DNA from: a virus
Lineage: Duplodnaviria > Caudoviricetes
DNA: 64,000 bases
IMG/VR virus record: IMGVR_UViG_3300031992_000018
Coordinates: 96,001 to 160,000 of that record
Strand: one strand, 5' to 3'
The first letter of the stretch is position 1. Each line of letters starts with the position of its first letter. The notes below the pieces were generated by a model. That model searched no databases. It saw nothing but the letters and a program-made list of their open reading frames with translations, and was not told where the DNA came from. The position numbers and the translations under genes were made by a program. Shown here piece by piece: positions 48,349 through 57,731 of the stretch.

Positions 48349-48980
48349 ATATTATATATTAATATTTCTTTATTTTCTTGTGATGTTTTAAATTTAAGTT
48401 TATTTAAATTTCCTTTTAATTTTGGATGTAAATTTTTTGCAGTAAAACCTTTTATATTACTATTTTCTTTTTTACATATATCAATATATTGTTTTAATAT
48501 TGTTTCATTTACTTCTGTTGGATTATCTACAATAAGATTAGATTCAATATCTACAATATGTCTATAATTTTCTATATATGTAGAAGTATTATCAACCATT
48601 AATAAAGCAATAGAATAAGTTCTTTTTCCATCCTCATCTTGAGAAAAAAATGTATAAACTAATGGATCTATTGGATTATTATTTATATCAACTAATAACT
48701 TTTTTTGGTTATTTATAATATTTGTAGCAACAACATATCCTAATTTATTATGTTTCCATTCATTTAAAGTATCATTATCAATTTCACTGAATTTTACTGG
48801 TTCTTTTGCAAATTTTATAGTTTTAGTATTAACTTCATACATTTCAACATTATTACCATTTAATCTTGATTGTTGACTTTTAAATACCTTTTTAAAAAAT
48901 GCTTTAAACCAATCTAATAAACCCTCATTTAAATATTTATTTTCAGCAAAATTATAATAATATTCTTTAATTTGTTTCAT
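48345..48980 (-). CDS. Putative head-internal protein
   Basis: MKQIKEYY leader; LNE-GLLDWFKAFFKKVF; TTATTTTTA upstream. Confidence 0.65.
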   Translation of the reverse strand: MKQIKEYYYNFAENKYLNEGLLDWFKAFFKKVFKSQQSRLNGNNVEMYEVNTKTIKFAKEPVKFSEIDNDTLNEWKHNKLGYVVATNIINNQKKLLVDINNNPIDPLVYTFFSQDEDGKRTYSIALLMVDNTSTYIENYRHIVDIESNLIVDNPTEVNETILKQYIDICKKENSNIKGFTAKNLHPKLKGNLNKLKFKTSQENKEILIYNI

Positions 48981-49068
48981 ATAATATTTTATATAATAAT
49001 CTATATAAAAATAAAATTAAATATTATTACATTTCTATATTAAAATAGAAATATATCTATTTATATGC

Positions 49069-50067
49069 ATGAATCTTATTCATACTGATTTTGAAATTCT
49101 AGAACAAGAACCTGGTTTAAAAGGCATATATAAAGCAGCAGAATATCCTGGAAGAATATGTTATGGTAGTACTGATAAAATAACTGAAGATAGTGCACAA
49201 CCATTTGTAGAAAATACTTTAATGAAATCAGATCATGGTGCACCTCTTGAGCATGCTGCAGTTTATCTTAAATGTCCAGAAAATGTATATCAAAAATATG
49301 TAAATAATAAATATTCAAGAACTAATTATCATAAAACAGAAAATAATAATGGTCCTATTACTTGGTTAGATACTGAATCAAGATTTGGTTATTTAAGTGA
49401 TACTGTTGAATATTATGTATCAACAAATCTTAGAGTTCTTTATGATAATAAATGGTTAGATGATTTAAAATATATTTGTGAATTAACACAGTATCATACA
49501 AGAAGAGTTACAGTTAAATTTACTTGTGATATTGGAGTAAGTAGAGAATATAATCGTCATCGTAATGATTCACCTAATGAAGAAAGTACAAGATATTGTA
49601 ATTATTCTAAAGATAAGTTCGGTGGTTCAATAAATATTATAGAGCCTTGTTGGTTATATGATAGACATGATGAACTTCAGAAGAAAGTAGATACTCTTGA
49701 TTTTATTACTTATATTAAATGGATTGCTGCCGGTCAAGATGAATTATTTAATGATATTGATTATTGGCTTTTTGGATCACTTTCCTCAGAATGGTGTTAC
49801 ATGAATCTTGTAAATAAATGTGGATGGAAACAACAACAAGCAAGAACTAAACTTGAACTTGATACAAAGACTACATTAGTACATACAGCATTTGTAGATG
49901 ATTGGGTGCACTTCTTTAATTTACGAGCCCTTGGTACTACTGGTGCACCTCATCCACAAGCTAAAGAATTAGCAGAACCACTTTTGGAAGAATTTATAAA
50001 TAGAGGATATTTAAATAATGAACTTAAAAACAGACTTGGTAAAAAACAACGAGAATACAATAGTTAA
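49069..50067 (+). CDS. thyX: FAD-dependent thymidylate synthase
   Basis: GRICY.S, H..PLEH, SREYNRHR..S.NEESTRY, FFNLRA...APHPQ. Confidence 0.9.
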   Translation: MNLIHTDFEILEQEPGLKGIYKAAEYPGRICYGSTDKITEDSAQPFVENTLMKSDHGAPLEHAAVYLKCPENVYQKYVNNKYSRTNYHKTENNNGPITWLDTESRFGYLSDTVEYYVSTNLRVLYDNKWLDDLKYICELTQYHTRRVTVKFTCDIGVSREYNRHRNDSPNEESTRYCNYSKDKFGGSINIIEPCWLYDRHDELQKKVDTLDFITYIKWIAAGQDELFNDIDYWLFGSLSSEWCYMNLVNKCGWKQQQARTKLELDTKTTLVHTAFVDDWVHFFNLRALGTTGAPHPQAKELAEPLLEEFINRGYLNNELKNRLGKKQREYNS

Positions 50068-50234
50068 ATTTAATTTTATTACAATAATATTAATTTTTAT
50101 TGTATTATGTCTTGAAACTACTTTATTCTTATCTGTACCTCTTGGTATTATATTTACAGTAATTTCATTAGGTTATATAATATTTATAATTATAGTAAAA
50201 GATAAATTATTGAAAATAAATAAAGAAAAAGGAG

Positions 50235-50456
50235 ATGAAAAACTTTCTTGATGGATTAATGAAAATGTTTGTAATGATAGGAATGTTTATATTTCTAATT
50301 TTAGGCACAATAATTATGTTTTGGCCATTCATTGCAACTATATTAATATTCTGCGTATTATTTTGGATATTTCTTCCAGTTATTGGTTGGATATTATTTA
50401 GTATATTAACACTTGCAATATTACTATATATAATATTAAATATCTTTTTTAATTAA
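50235..50456 (+). CDS. Small membrane protein
   Basis: Almost entirely hydrophobic 73 aa. Confidence 0.5.
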   Translation: MKNFLDGLMKMFVMIGMFIFLILGTIIMFWPFIATILIFCVLFWIFLPVIGWILFSILTLAILLYIILNIFFN

Positions 50457-50530
50457 TGAATTTTTTAAATAAGAATTTCTATTTTATAGTAAGTGATAAA
50501 AAATATATTAATTTTTAAACAATTTTAGTT

Positions 50531-51145
50531 ATGAGTAATTCTATTTTTGACCTTTTAGGTATTGATTTAAATGCTACACTTGAAAAGCTTGTTGATTTAA
50601 AAGATGAATTAACAAATATTTATAATAATAAGGTAGATGAAATAAAGGAAAGTATTAAGAAATATGATCTTGATACAGAAGAAGGTTATGAAGCTTTTAT
50701 TAAGGAAGCTGCAAATATTAGAACTGAACTTGTTAAGAGTGATTCAATATTTTCAGATAAACTTATTGATTTACTTGATTCTGCTGTAGAAAGAGCTATG
50801 AAGAATCATTCAGAAAAAATGGCAAATAAAAATCTTTCTAAGGTTAAAGAAAATAAAGTAAATGATCTTGTAGATGCTGAGGTTAATCGTAGTAAGAATG
50901 AAAATCATAAAAAGATTAATACAGGTAAGGGTGTTACTGAAAATGTAAATGAAGATGAAATTGATTGGCCATCTAATAAACTTACTATTAAGCAGAAAAA
51001 GAATATTATTAAACTTGTTGATGAATATATGAATACCATGGTTTTACCTTATATCAATGATGATATTGATGAAGATACTGTACATGATATGGCAAGTGGA
51101 TTATTTGAATTCGCCGCTTGGATTCTTACAAAAGAAGAAGACTAA
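50531..51145 (+). CDS. Hypothetical protein
   Basis: 204-aa ORF with promoter-like motif upstream. Confidence 0.65.
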   Translation: MSNSIFDLLGIDLNATLEKLVDLKDELTNIYNNKVDEIKESIKKYDLDTEEGYEAFIKEAANIRTELVKSDSIFSDKLIDLLDSAVERAMKNHSEKMANKNLSKVKENKVNDLVDAEVNRSKNENHKKINTGKGVTENVNEDEIDWPSNKLTIKQKKNIIKLVDEYMNTMVLPYINDDIDEDTVHDMASGLFEFAAWILTKEED

Positions 51146-51194
51146 AGCGTTAATATATATTAAATTTTATAAATAAATTAAAAAACAAAAAAGT

Positions 51195-51833
51195 ATGAAG
51201 AAATTATTTGTAATTTTGGCAAGCATTCTTCTTATGATTGGAGTAAGTTCTTGCAATTCATGTACAAATCGTTCAACAGAACCTGTTTTTGCTGATGTTG
51301 AAACCGTAGATTCTCTTTATGTAGAGCATACTGTTGCAGTAGATAGACAGGCAATGTTTGCTAAGGGCATTGATAATGATTACAGATGGTATGAAACAAA
51401 TATTCGTCTTGTAAATTTCCTTGATGAGGAATATGCAGGTATTGACGAAGTTGTTAATGTATTCCAAACTGTAGAAAGTAGAGATGAACATAGTTTTGAT
51501 ACTGTTGTTTATAAGTTCCAGCACACAGCTGAAGGAACAGTAGAAGGTTCTACACCTGGTTTCTGGGTTGAAGATTATCCTCTTAACAATGAACAGATTA
51601 TTGTAACATTTGCACAAGCTCTTGAGAAGGTAAATGAAGTTAATCTTCCTAAGCCACATTCAAGATATGCTGTTCTTAGAAAGCAGGTTGGTCCTGTAGA
51701 TGCAAATCCTCAGTGGATTTTTGGAAATGTAAGAGCACAGCTTTATGTTGATGCAGTTACTGGTGAAGTTTCAACAGAAAATCCTGCATTTAAGGGACTT
51801 AATCTTGGTACACCTCTTGGAGAATGGCCTTAA
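51195..51833 (+). CDS. Lipoprotein with PepSY-like C-terminus
   Basis: MKK + hydrophobic stretch + VSSC lipobox; YVDAVTGEV. Confidence 0.7.
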   Translation: MKKLFVILASILLMIGVSSCNSCTNRSTEPVFADVETVDSLYVEHTVAVDRQAMFAKGIDNDYRWYETNIRLVNFLDEEYAGIDEVVNVFQTVESRDEHSFDTVVYKFQHTAEGTVEGSTPGFWVEDYPLNNEQIIVTFAQALEKVNEVNLPKPHSRYAVLRKQVGPVDANPQWIFGNVRAQLYVDAVTGEVSTENPAFKGLNLGTPLGEWP

Positions 51834-51973
51834 TAGTTAAATATTAAATTCGTATGGTTAATTTACAGAACACTCGCCTAGATTTTTATATGAGTATAAA
51901 AGTTGATAATGGAGAAATAATAGGAGTGAAAAACCTTCAGTAGAAATCTGACGTTAAAATTTTACGATAAAAT

Positions 51974-52005
51974 AAAGAGAACCAATTATTTGGTTCTCTT
52001 TTTTT
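51974..52005. terminator. Bidirectional terminator
   Basis: aaagagaaccaa...ttggttctcttt. Confidence 0.8.
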
Positions 52006-52006
52006 A

Positions 52007-52351
52007 TTACATTACGCCAAGAACATTTGGTAATTTACCAGCAAGAGGATTTGCAACATTTAAAGTTCCTCCTGGATTAACAACAGCTGTTTGTGTTACT
52101 GGTGAACCTGTTGTAAGAATATTTCCATATATACACATTGATTTTACATATTGATCTATAATATCAGCAATTCTTTCTGCAAGCGCATCTGATACCATAT
52201 CATCAAATTTTTCAGCAAAATCAGAACACATTTCTTTTGTTTTATCTGTCATTTCTACAAATGTACCTCTCATACATATTTCAATTGCTGGAGGTATTAT
52301 TTGAGAAAATGTATTTTTTAAATCATCTTTTAATTGTGAAGGATTTAACAT
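52007..52351 (-). CDS. Hypothetical protein, possibly structural
   Basis: TTATTTTTA motif upstream; TTGSP.TQT. Confidence 0.55.
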   Translation of the reverse strand: MLNPSQLKDDLKNTFSQIIPPAIEICMRGTFVEMTDKTKEMCSDFAEKFDDMVSDALAERIADIIDQYVKSMCIYGNILTTGSPVTQTAVVNPGGTLNVANPLAGKLPNVLGVM

Positions 52352-52401
52352 ATTACTTCTATATTATATTATATATAAAAATAATTTTTAATATTGAATT
52401 T

Positions 52402-52689
52402 ATGATTCTTTATATAGTATTTTCATGTAATAAAAAAAGTAATGATTATTATGACAATGATAGAACAGTTGAATATATTTCTCAAGATAAACAAAAAGCA
52501 ATTGATTTTTTAAATTCAGAAAGAGAAAGATATTTTAATACTTGTATTGGAGAAATTACAAGAGATGAAAAATATCATTTTTGTTTATGTGATTGTTATA
52601 ATTGGGATTATGAATATTGGATAGAAAAATTTACAACAGATATTAATATTAGAAAATGGTTATTAGAAAAAAATAATAGTGAACTTTGA
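52402..52689 (+). CDS. Hypothetical protein
   Basis: Likely start 52402 after CTATATT motif. Confidence 0.5.
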   Translation: MILYIVFSCNKKSNDYYDNDRTVEYISQDKQKAIDFLNSERERYFNTCIGEITRDEKYHFCLCDCYNWDYEYWIEKFTTDINIRKWLLEKNNSEL

Positions 52690-52713
52690 ATTTTAAAATA
52701 ATAATACTATATT
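52686..52713 (+). promoter_or_regulatory. Putative early promoter TTGAAT-N16-TATATT
   Basis: Matches the recurrent motif. Confidence 0.7.
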
Positions 52714-52808
52714 ATAATTGGTTGCCGATTGACCATAATAATCGGTGGTGGTGGACCTTCAAGAAAATATCTTGATTGTAAAGTTAAATAAATTTATTAG
52801 TTTACAAA

Positions 52809-53747
52809 ATGAAGACACAGACTTACACAAAAATTAACACACTTTACAAGAGGTATCAGAACCTTGGTAAGGTAGAACTTCCTAACAAGGCTTGGATGGC
52901 TTTCCAGAACAAGATTATCATTGGTGATTTCTCTGATGATTATATGGAATATATCAAGGGTCTAAAGTTCGACTGTTTCTCTAAGATTGACGGTACTAAT
53001 TCTAAGATTGTTTATCTTCCTTCTACTGGTGAATGTTTCGCTGGTGGTAAGACTGATAATGCTGATATTGTCGGTACTGGTCAGAAAGCTATGCTTGATG
53101 ATATTATTGCTCGTATCAAGCCTATTCTTGCAGAGCTTTTCCCTCCTGAGTGTGCAAAGTTCGCTCCTAAGATGAATGACAAGAATCAGCCTATTATGTA
53201 TGAATTTGATAGTGCAGAGGGTTACTATCCTGATTCTCCTATTGAAAAGCCTACATCAGCAGATGTATATGTTGTAGAATATGAGGAAGTTCCTATCTAC
53301 ATCTATGGAGAGTTCTTCGGTAAGAAGATTCAGGCTGGTGGAAACTATGATAAGGATAAGAACCGTTTCTCTATCTTTGACATTTGTATGCAAGGTTGGT
53401 GGGTTCCTATTGACATGCTCAATGACTATGCTACAAAGCTTGGTCTTGATGTAGCTCCTTACATTGGTCAGATGACTATTGAGGAAGCTGAAAAGATGGT
53501 TATGAATGGATTCAAGACTCGTGTACCAAATGTATCTAATCCTGATTATCTTGAGGAAGGTATTGTAGCTCGTCCTATTGTTCCTATCAAGGATCCTCGT
53601 GGACGCCGTATCATTGTCAAGATTAAGACTTGTGACTACAATGATCTTAAGGTTGCTGTTGATAAGGTTGGTGAGGATGAGTATAAGAAGTTCAAGAAGT
53701 GGTATGAGGATAATAGGGAGATGATTGAGAATTCAGTCAAAAAGTAA
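52809..53747 (+). CDS. RNA ligase (Rnl2-like nucleotidyltransferase)
   Basis: KIDGTN (motif I), YGEFFG (III), FDI (IIIa), EGIV.RP (IV), VKIK (V). Confidence 0.85.
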   Translation: MKTQTYTKINTLYKRYQNLGKVELPNKAWMAFQNKIIIGDFSDDYMEYIKGLKFDCFSKIDGTNSKIVYLPSTGECFAGGKTDNADIVGTGQKAMLDDIIARIKPILAELFPPECAKFAPKMNDKNQPIMYEFDSAEGYYPDSPIEKPTSADVYVVEYEEVPIYIYGEFFGKKIQAGGNYDKDKNRFSIFDICMQGWWVPIDMLNDYATKLGLDVAPYIGQMTIEEAEKMVMNGFKTRVPNVSNPDYLEEGIVARPIVPIKDPRGRRIIVKIKTCDYNDLKVAVDKVGEDEYKKFKKWYEDNREMIENSVKK

Positions 53748-53841
53748 AGATATAAAATTAAAATGGGTTAAACAAAAATAGGGATGTTGTGAAATATCCC
53801 TATTTTATTTTCTATATTAAATTATAAATAGGTAATTAAAT

Positions 53842-54222
53842 ATGATTTATATTTTTATATTAATGTTATTTTGTCATATTATTGATGACTTTGTATTACA
53901 ACCAGTTTGTTTAAGTAATTTAAAACAAAAACACTGGTGGGATGAACATTGTTATGGAAAACAATATAAGAATGATTATAAAATGGCATTACTCATTCAT
54001 TCTTTAAGTTGGAGTATAATGATACATCTACCATTAATGTATAATATGTTCTATATGTTTCCTGAAATATTGATATTATTAAGCATTATTATAAACGCAA
54101 TAATTCATTATATTGTTGATGATTTAAAGGCAAACAAATATAAAATTAATTTAATTATTGATCAAAGTATACATTTTGTACAAATTATTTTAACATTTAT
54201 TTTATTCTTTATAATTTTATGA
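53842..54222 (+). CDS. DUF3307-family membrane protein
   Basis: H.I.DF.LQ, H..., HYIVD, DQSIH. Confidence 0.8.
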   Translation: MIYIFILMLFCHIIDDFVLQPVCLSNLKQKHWWDEHCYGKQYKNDYKMALLIHSLSWSIMIHLPLMYNMFYMFPEILILLSIIINAIIHYIVDDLKANKYKINLIIDQSIHFVQIILTFILFFIIL

Positions 54223-54482
54223 ATGAAGATACTATAAATATATTAGAAGAATATAAAAAGTCTTTATTAGATGAACTTCAAGTATATGTAGATTTAGTAG
54301 CTAAATCAGCTAAATGGCGTCTTGATTTTTGGAAGAAACATAAGAAAGATCTTGAAGGTGTTCAACAATATGATCTTGTATCAACATTTGATTTGCCAGC
54401 ATACTATGCATATGGTAATGCAAAAGATATTGTAAAAGAAAAGTTTAATGAAATATTAAGTAAATATGAAAGTACAGATTAG
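54219..54482 (+). CDS. Hypothetical protein
   Basis: ORF in operon. Confidence 0.55.
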   Translation: MNEDTINILEEYKKSLLDELQVYVDLVAKSAKWRLDFWKKHKKDLEGVQQYDLVSTFDLPAYYAYGNAKDIVKEKFNEILSKYESTD

Positions 54483-55161
54483 ACAAAGTTGTTTTGAAAC
54501 AAATAGTAGCAGTATGCATGCTATTGTTATTACAAAGAATAAACCAGAAAATATTTATACTGGATATGCATGCGAATTTAAAGTAGGAGAATTCGGATGG
54601 GAACATAGAAGATATATGGATTTCATGGATAAAGCTTCATATCTTTGGACTATTATTGTAAATAGTTGTTTAAAGACTGTTTATGAAGGTACTTTTTATA
54701 CATCTAATTATGATGGTAAAGAATATGAAAAGTATCATTATGAATTAGATACTGAGAATGAAGATTATAAGAAAATAAAGAAAGCGATTACAGATACTCT
54801 TATTAGTGTTGGATTTGAAGATGATGGTTGGAGTATTAGGTTTCAAGAAGAATTTACTAAAACAGATTGGGGATTAGAAACTGGTTATGTTGATCATACT
54901 CCTGGTCTTGGTTTTGTAAAAGAAATTGTTTTTAATAGAGATAGACTAATTAGATTTCTTTTTAATCCTACTTCATTTATTGAAACATGGAATGACAATG
55001 AATGGGAACTTGATCCAAGAATTGAAGAAGAGCTTGAAAAGAAATATTGGGATGAAGAAAAACAAGATTATAAAGATGGATATTGGGAAGCAGAAGATTG
55101 GGCATATTTTAGAATGCCTCGTGAAGAAGATATTGAATGGAAATATTTAAAAGGAAATTAA
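54466..55161 (+). CDS. FETNSS-motif protein, type A
   Basis: MKVQIRQSCFETNSSSMH, GEFGWE, KASYL, GYVDH. Confidence 0.75.
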   Translation: MKVQIRQSCFETNSSSMHAIVITKNKPENIYTGYACEFKVGEFGWEHRRYMDFMDKASYLWTIIVNSCLKTVYEGTFYTSNYDGKEYEKYHYELDTENEDYKKIKKAITDTLISVGFEDDGWSIRFQEEFTKTDWGLETGYVDHTPGLGFVKEIVFNRDRLIRFLFNPTSFIETWNDNEWELDPRIEEELEKKYWDEEKQDYKDGYWEAEDWAYFRMPREEDIEWKYLKGN

Positions 55162-55162
55162 T

Positions 55163-55777
55163 ATGAAAATACAAATTAGACGAAACGTTTTTGAGACAAA
55201 TTCAAGTCATGAACATTCTATTTCAATTGTCAAAGAGGATGATTGGGTAAAGTGGCTTAATGGTGAAATTCTTGGTAGAGTTGTAAAGAAGAAAAGAGAA
55301 GCTGGATGGGGTAATTTTGATAGTGAAATTTTTGAGTGGGAATTTTCTTCAGACTTTGATAGATGTAAAAGAGATAATGAAATTCTTATAAATGAAATTA
55401 AAAATAAAGGTCTTGCTAAGCAAGAAGAATATAAGAATGAGTGTCTTAATCATAAGAAGCTTGTTGAAAGGGAATTAACTCCTAAAGAATTTGAGGCTTT
55501 ATCAGATAAAGAACAAGACAAGTATGAAGATGACCTTTATATGGATAGACTTTATACATTTGATGAAGATGATTATAATTATTGGAAAGATATTTATAAT
55601 AATATGTCTTTAGATAATCCTAGTAGTCTTCAATATGTTTCAAGAGTTCTTGATGGTTTTTGGATTACTTATGATCAATATAAAGAAGATTGGCTTGATA
55701 TAGATTGTGTATCTCCTTGGGACCATAAGAATGAAAATCTTGGTGTACATGTATTTGGTAAATATTTTCACAGTTAA
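55163..55777 (+). CDS. FETNSS-motif protein, type B
   Basis: MKIQIRRNVFETNSSHEH, W.NGE, C-terminal FGKY. Confidence 0.75.
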   Translation: MKIQIRRNVFETNSSHEHSISIVKEDDWVKWLNGEILGRVVKKKREAGWGNFDSEIFEWEFSSDFDRCKRDNEILINEIKNKGLAKQEEYKNECLNHKKLVERELTPKEFEALSDKEQDKYEDDLYMDRLYTFDEDDYNYWKDIYNNMSLDNPSSLQYVSRVLDGFWITYDQYKEDWLDIDCVSPWDHKNENLGVHVFGKYFHS

Positions 55778-55782
55778 AGATT

Positions 55783-56088
55783 ATGATTGGTAAAATTTTA
55801 ATAATATTACTTTTTATACTTCTATATATAGTCATTTCATGTGGGCTATGTTATACAGTAATTGGAGTGCATAATCCTATACATAAATTTAATACTGAAA
55901 AAGATCCTTGGGATGATAGTAAATCTATATTGATTTGTAATACAGATGATAAATTTTCATTTTTCTTACTATTTCTTATTTGGCCATTATTAGTATTATT
56001 TTATTGGATTCCGCTTGGTATATATCATATATTTAAATTCCTGATTGAATTTTTAGCTTGGTCTATTGCAAAATTATTTAAGCTTTAA
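55783..56088 (+). CDS. Membrane protein
   Basis: Two hydrophobic segments. Confidence 0.55.
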   Translation: MIGKILIILLFILLYIVISCGLCYTVIGVHNPIHKFNTEKDPWDDSKSILICNTDDKFSFFLLFLIWPLLVLFYWIPLGIYHIFKFLIEFLAWSIAKLFKL

Positions 56089-56089
56089 T

Positions 56090-56500
56090 ATGAAAATTAA
56101 TTTAAGAAAGGGTTTATTTGAAACATCATCATCAAGTGAAGATTCATTAAGTGTATATCAAGATATGAAACTTTATATACTTCCTAAGGATGTATATAAT
56201 AGATTTATTAATGGTGAAGTATATATAAGATTTGGTGAAAATATCAGACCAGATTGGAGTGATGATGAAAATGTCATTGAAGAAGCAAATAAAGAACCTA
56301 TTAAGAAGTATAATCTTGTTGGTAGGAATTCAGGATATAAGTTTTCTGTCGGACATTTATATTATTACTTTGATAAATTTTATATAGATTATGAATCATA
56401 TATAGGAGAATTATATTATCATTTTTCAGACTATCAATTATTTAATTATGAAGATGGAGATAATATGATTTTTGGATTTTATGCATATACAGAAGATTAA
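56090..56500 (+). CDS. FETNSS-motif protein, type B (variant)
   Basis: Likely start 56090, MKINLRKGLFETSSSSED, F.NGE, C-terminal FGFY. Confidence 0.7.
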   Translation: MKINLRKGLFETSSSSEDSLSVYQDMKLYILPKDVYNRFINGEVYIRFGENIRPDWSDDENVIEEANKEPIKKYNLVGRNSGYKFSVGHLYYYFDKFYIDYESYIGELYYHFSDYQLFNYEDGDNMIFGFYAYTED

Positions 56501-56502
56501 TT

Positions 56503-56700
56503 ATGATACCACCATATAAAATATATAGCGACGGAAGCATAGAATCTGATGGATATATGTTTCGAGATAAGTATGAATTTTGTAATTATTGCGATTATAA
56601 AGAAGCTTGTGATGATTATTGGAGACACCAAGAAGAAATGGAACAAGAAGAAAGAGAATATAGATTACAAGAATTAGATAGACTTTTAGTAGAATTATAA
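56503..56700 (+). CDS. Small CxxC protein
   Basis: FCNYCDYKEAC. Confidence 0.55.
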   Translation: MIPPYKIYSDGSIESDGYMFRDKYEFCNYCDYKEACDDYWRHQEEMEQEEREYRLQELDRLLVEL

Positions 56701-56712
56701 AAAAATATTTAT

Positions 56713-57186
56713 ATGAAAACACAAATTAGAAAAGGAGCATTTGAAACTAATAGTAGTTCTACACATGCTATTAATATTTTTAGAGGATATGATGAAAAAA
56801 ATATTCCAGAAAGTATAGTTGTAAAACCAGGAGAATTTGGATGGGAATGTGATACTTATTATGATTATGATAGTAAGCTTTCTTATCTTTATACTTGGTG
56901 TCTTAGTGTAATGAGTATAGATGAAGCTGAATATAAAATTAAAGAAGCACTTACAAATCTTGGTGTTAAAGAAGTAGAATTTGAAGAATGTAGTGGTTGG
57001 TATGAAGAAGGATATATTGACCATTCTGAAGATTTATATAGAGGAGATCTTGATAAAATATTTGAAAATTACTTTGCTGATTTTATATTTGGAAATTCTT
57101 CATATATAGAGACAGGTAATGATAATGATGATATTGATGTATGTGAAGATTATAGAGCAGACTTCAGCATATATAAGAGTAATTAA
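56713..57186 (+). CDS. FETNSS-motif protein, type A
   Basis: MKTQIRKGAFETNSSSTH, GEFGWE, KLSYL, GYIDH, IETGNDN. Confidence 0.75.
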   Translation: MKTQIRKGAFETNSSSTHAINIFRGYDEKNIPESIVVKPGEFGWECDTYYDYDSKLSYLYTWCLSVMSIDEAEYKIKEALTNLGVKEVEFEECSGWYEEGYIDHSEDLYRGDLDKIFENYFADFIFGNSSYIETGNDNDDIDVCEDYRADFSIYKSN

Positions 57187-57188
57187 TT

Positions 57189-57461
57189 ATGAAACAAAAT
57201 ATATATTATAATATTGAAAATATTTCTCCTTCATCTATATGTAATAAAGAAATTTATTTCTATATTAATAAAGAGGTTTGGTGTGATAAATATAAAAATT
57301 ATATTATAAAAGTTTTATATGAAACACCAGTTTATTTAATAATTGATAGAAATAAAGGAGAAAAATTATTAATATTAGTAATTACTAATGTATCAGAATT
57401 TAAAGAAAATTTTAAATTAATTGAAACTTCAATCAATTATGAAAAAAGAACTAATAGTTAG
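57189..57461 (+). CDS. Hypothetical protein
   Basis: ORF in operon. Confidence 0.45.
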   Translation: MKQNIYYNIENISPSSICNKEIYFYINKEVWCDKYKNYIIKVLYETPVYLIIDRNKGEKLLILVITNVSEFKENFKLIETSINYEKRTNS

Positions 57462-57717
57462 AAGAAATATATATAATGGTAAAGAACATAAATTAATATG
57501 GTCTGGTACAGGTAAATTATATGAATTCAAACCAGCAGAAGAATGGATGCCTGTTTATCTTAATTATTGGAATGATGAAGAACATGGTACAAGAACTATT
57601 GAATCTTTAGATAGTGATGGATTTGGATTTCCTCTTTGTGTTGGTGATATTGTAGATGATATGGAAGTTGCTGCAATATTAGAAGTAGATGATAAAATAT
57701 GTGTAATGTTTAAATAA
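57439..57717 (+). CDS. Hypothetical protein
   Basis: Likely start 57439. Confidence 0.55.
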   Translation: MKKELIVRRNIYNGKEHKLIWSGTGKLYEFKPAEEWMPVYLNYWNDEEHGTRTIESLDSDGFGFPLCVGDIVDDMEVAAILEVDDKICVMFK

Positions 57718-57731
57718 AAATTAATTAAGTT

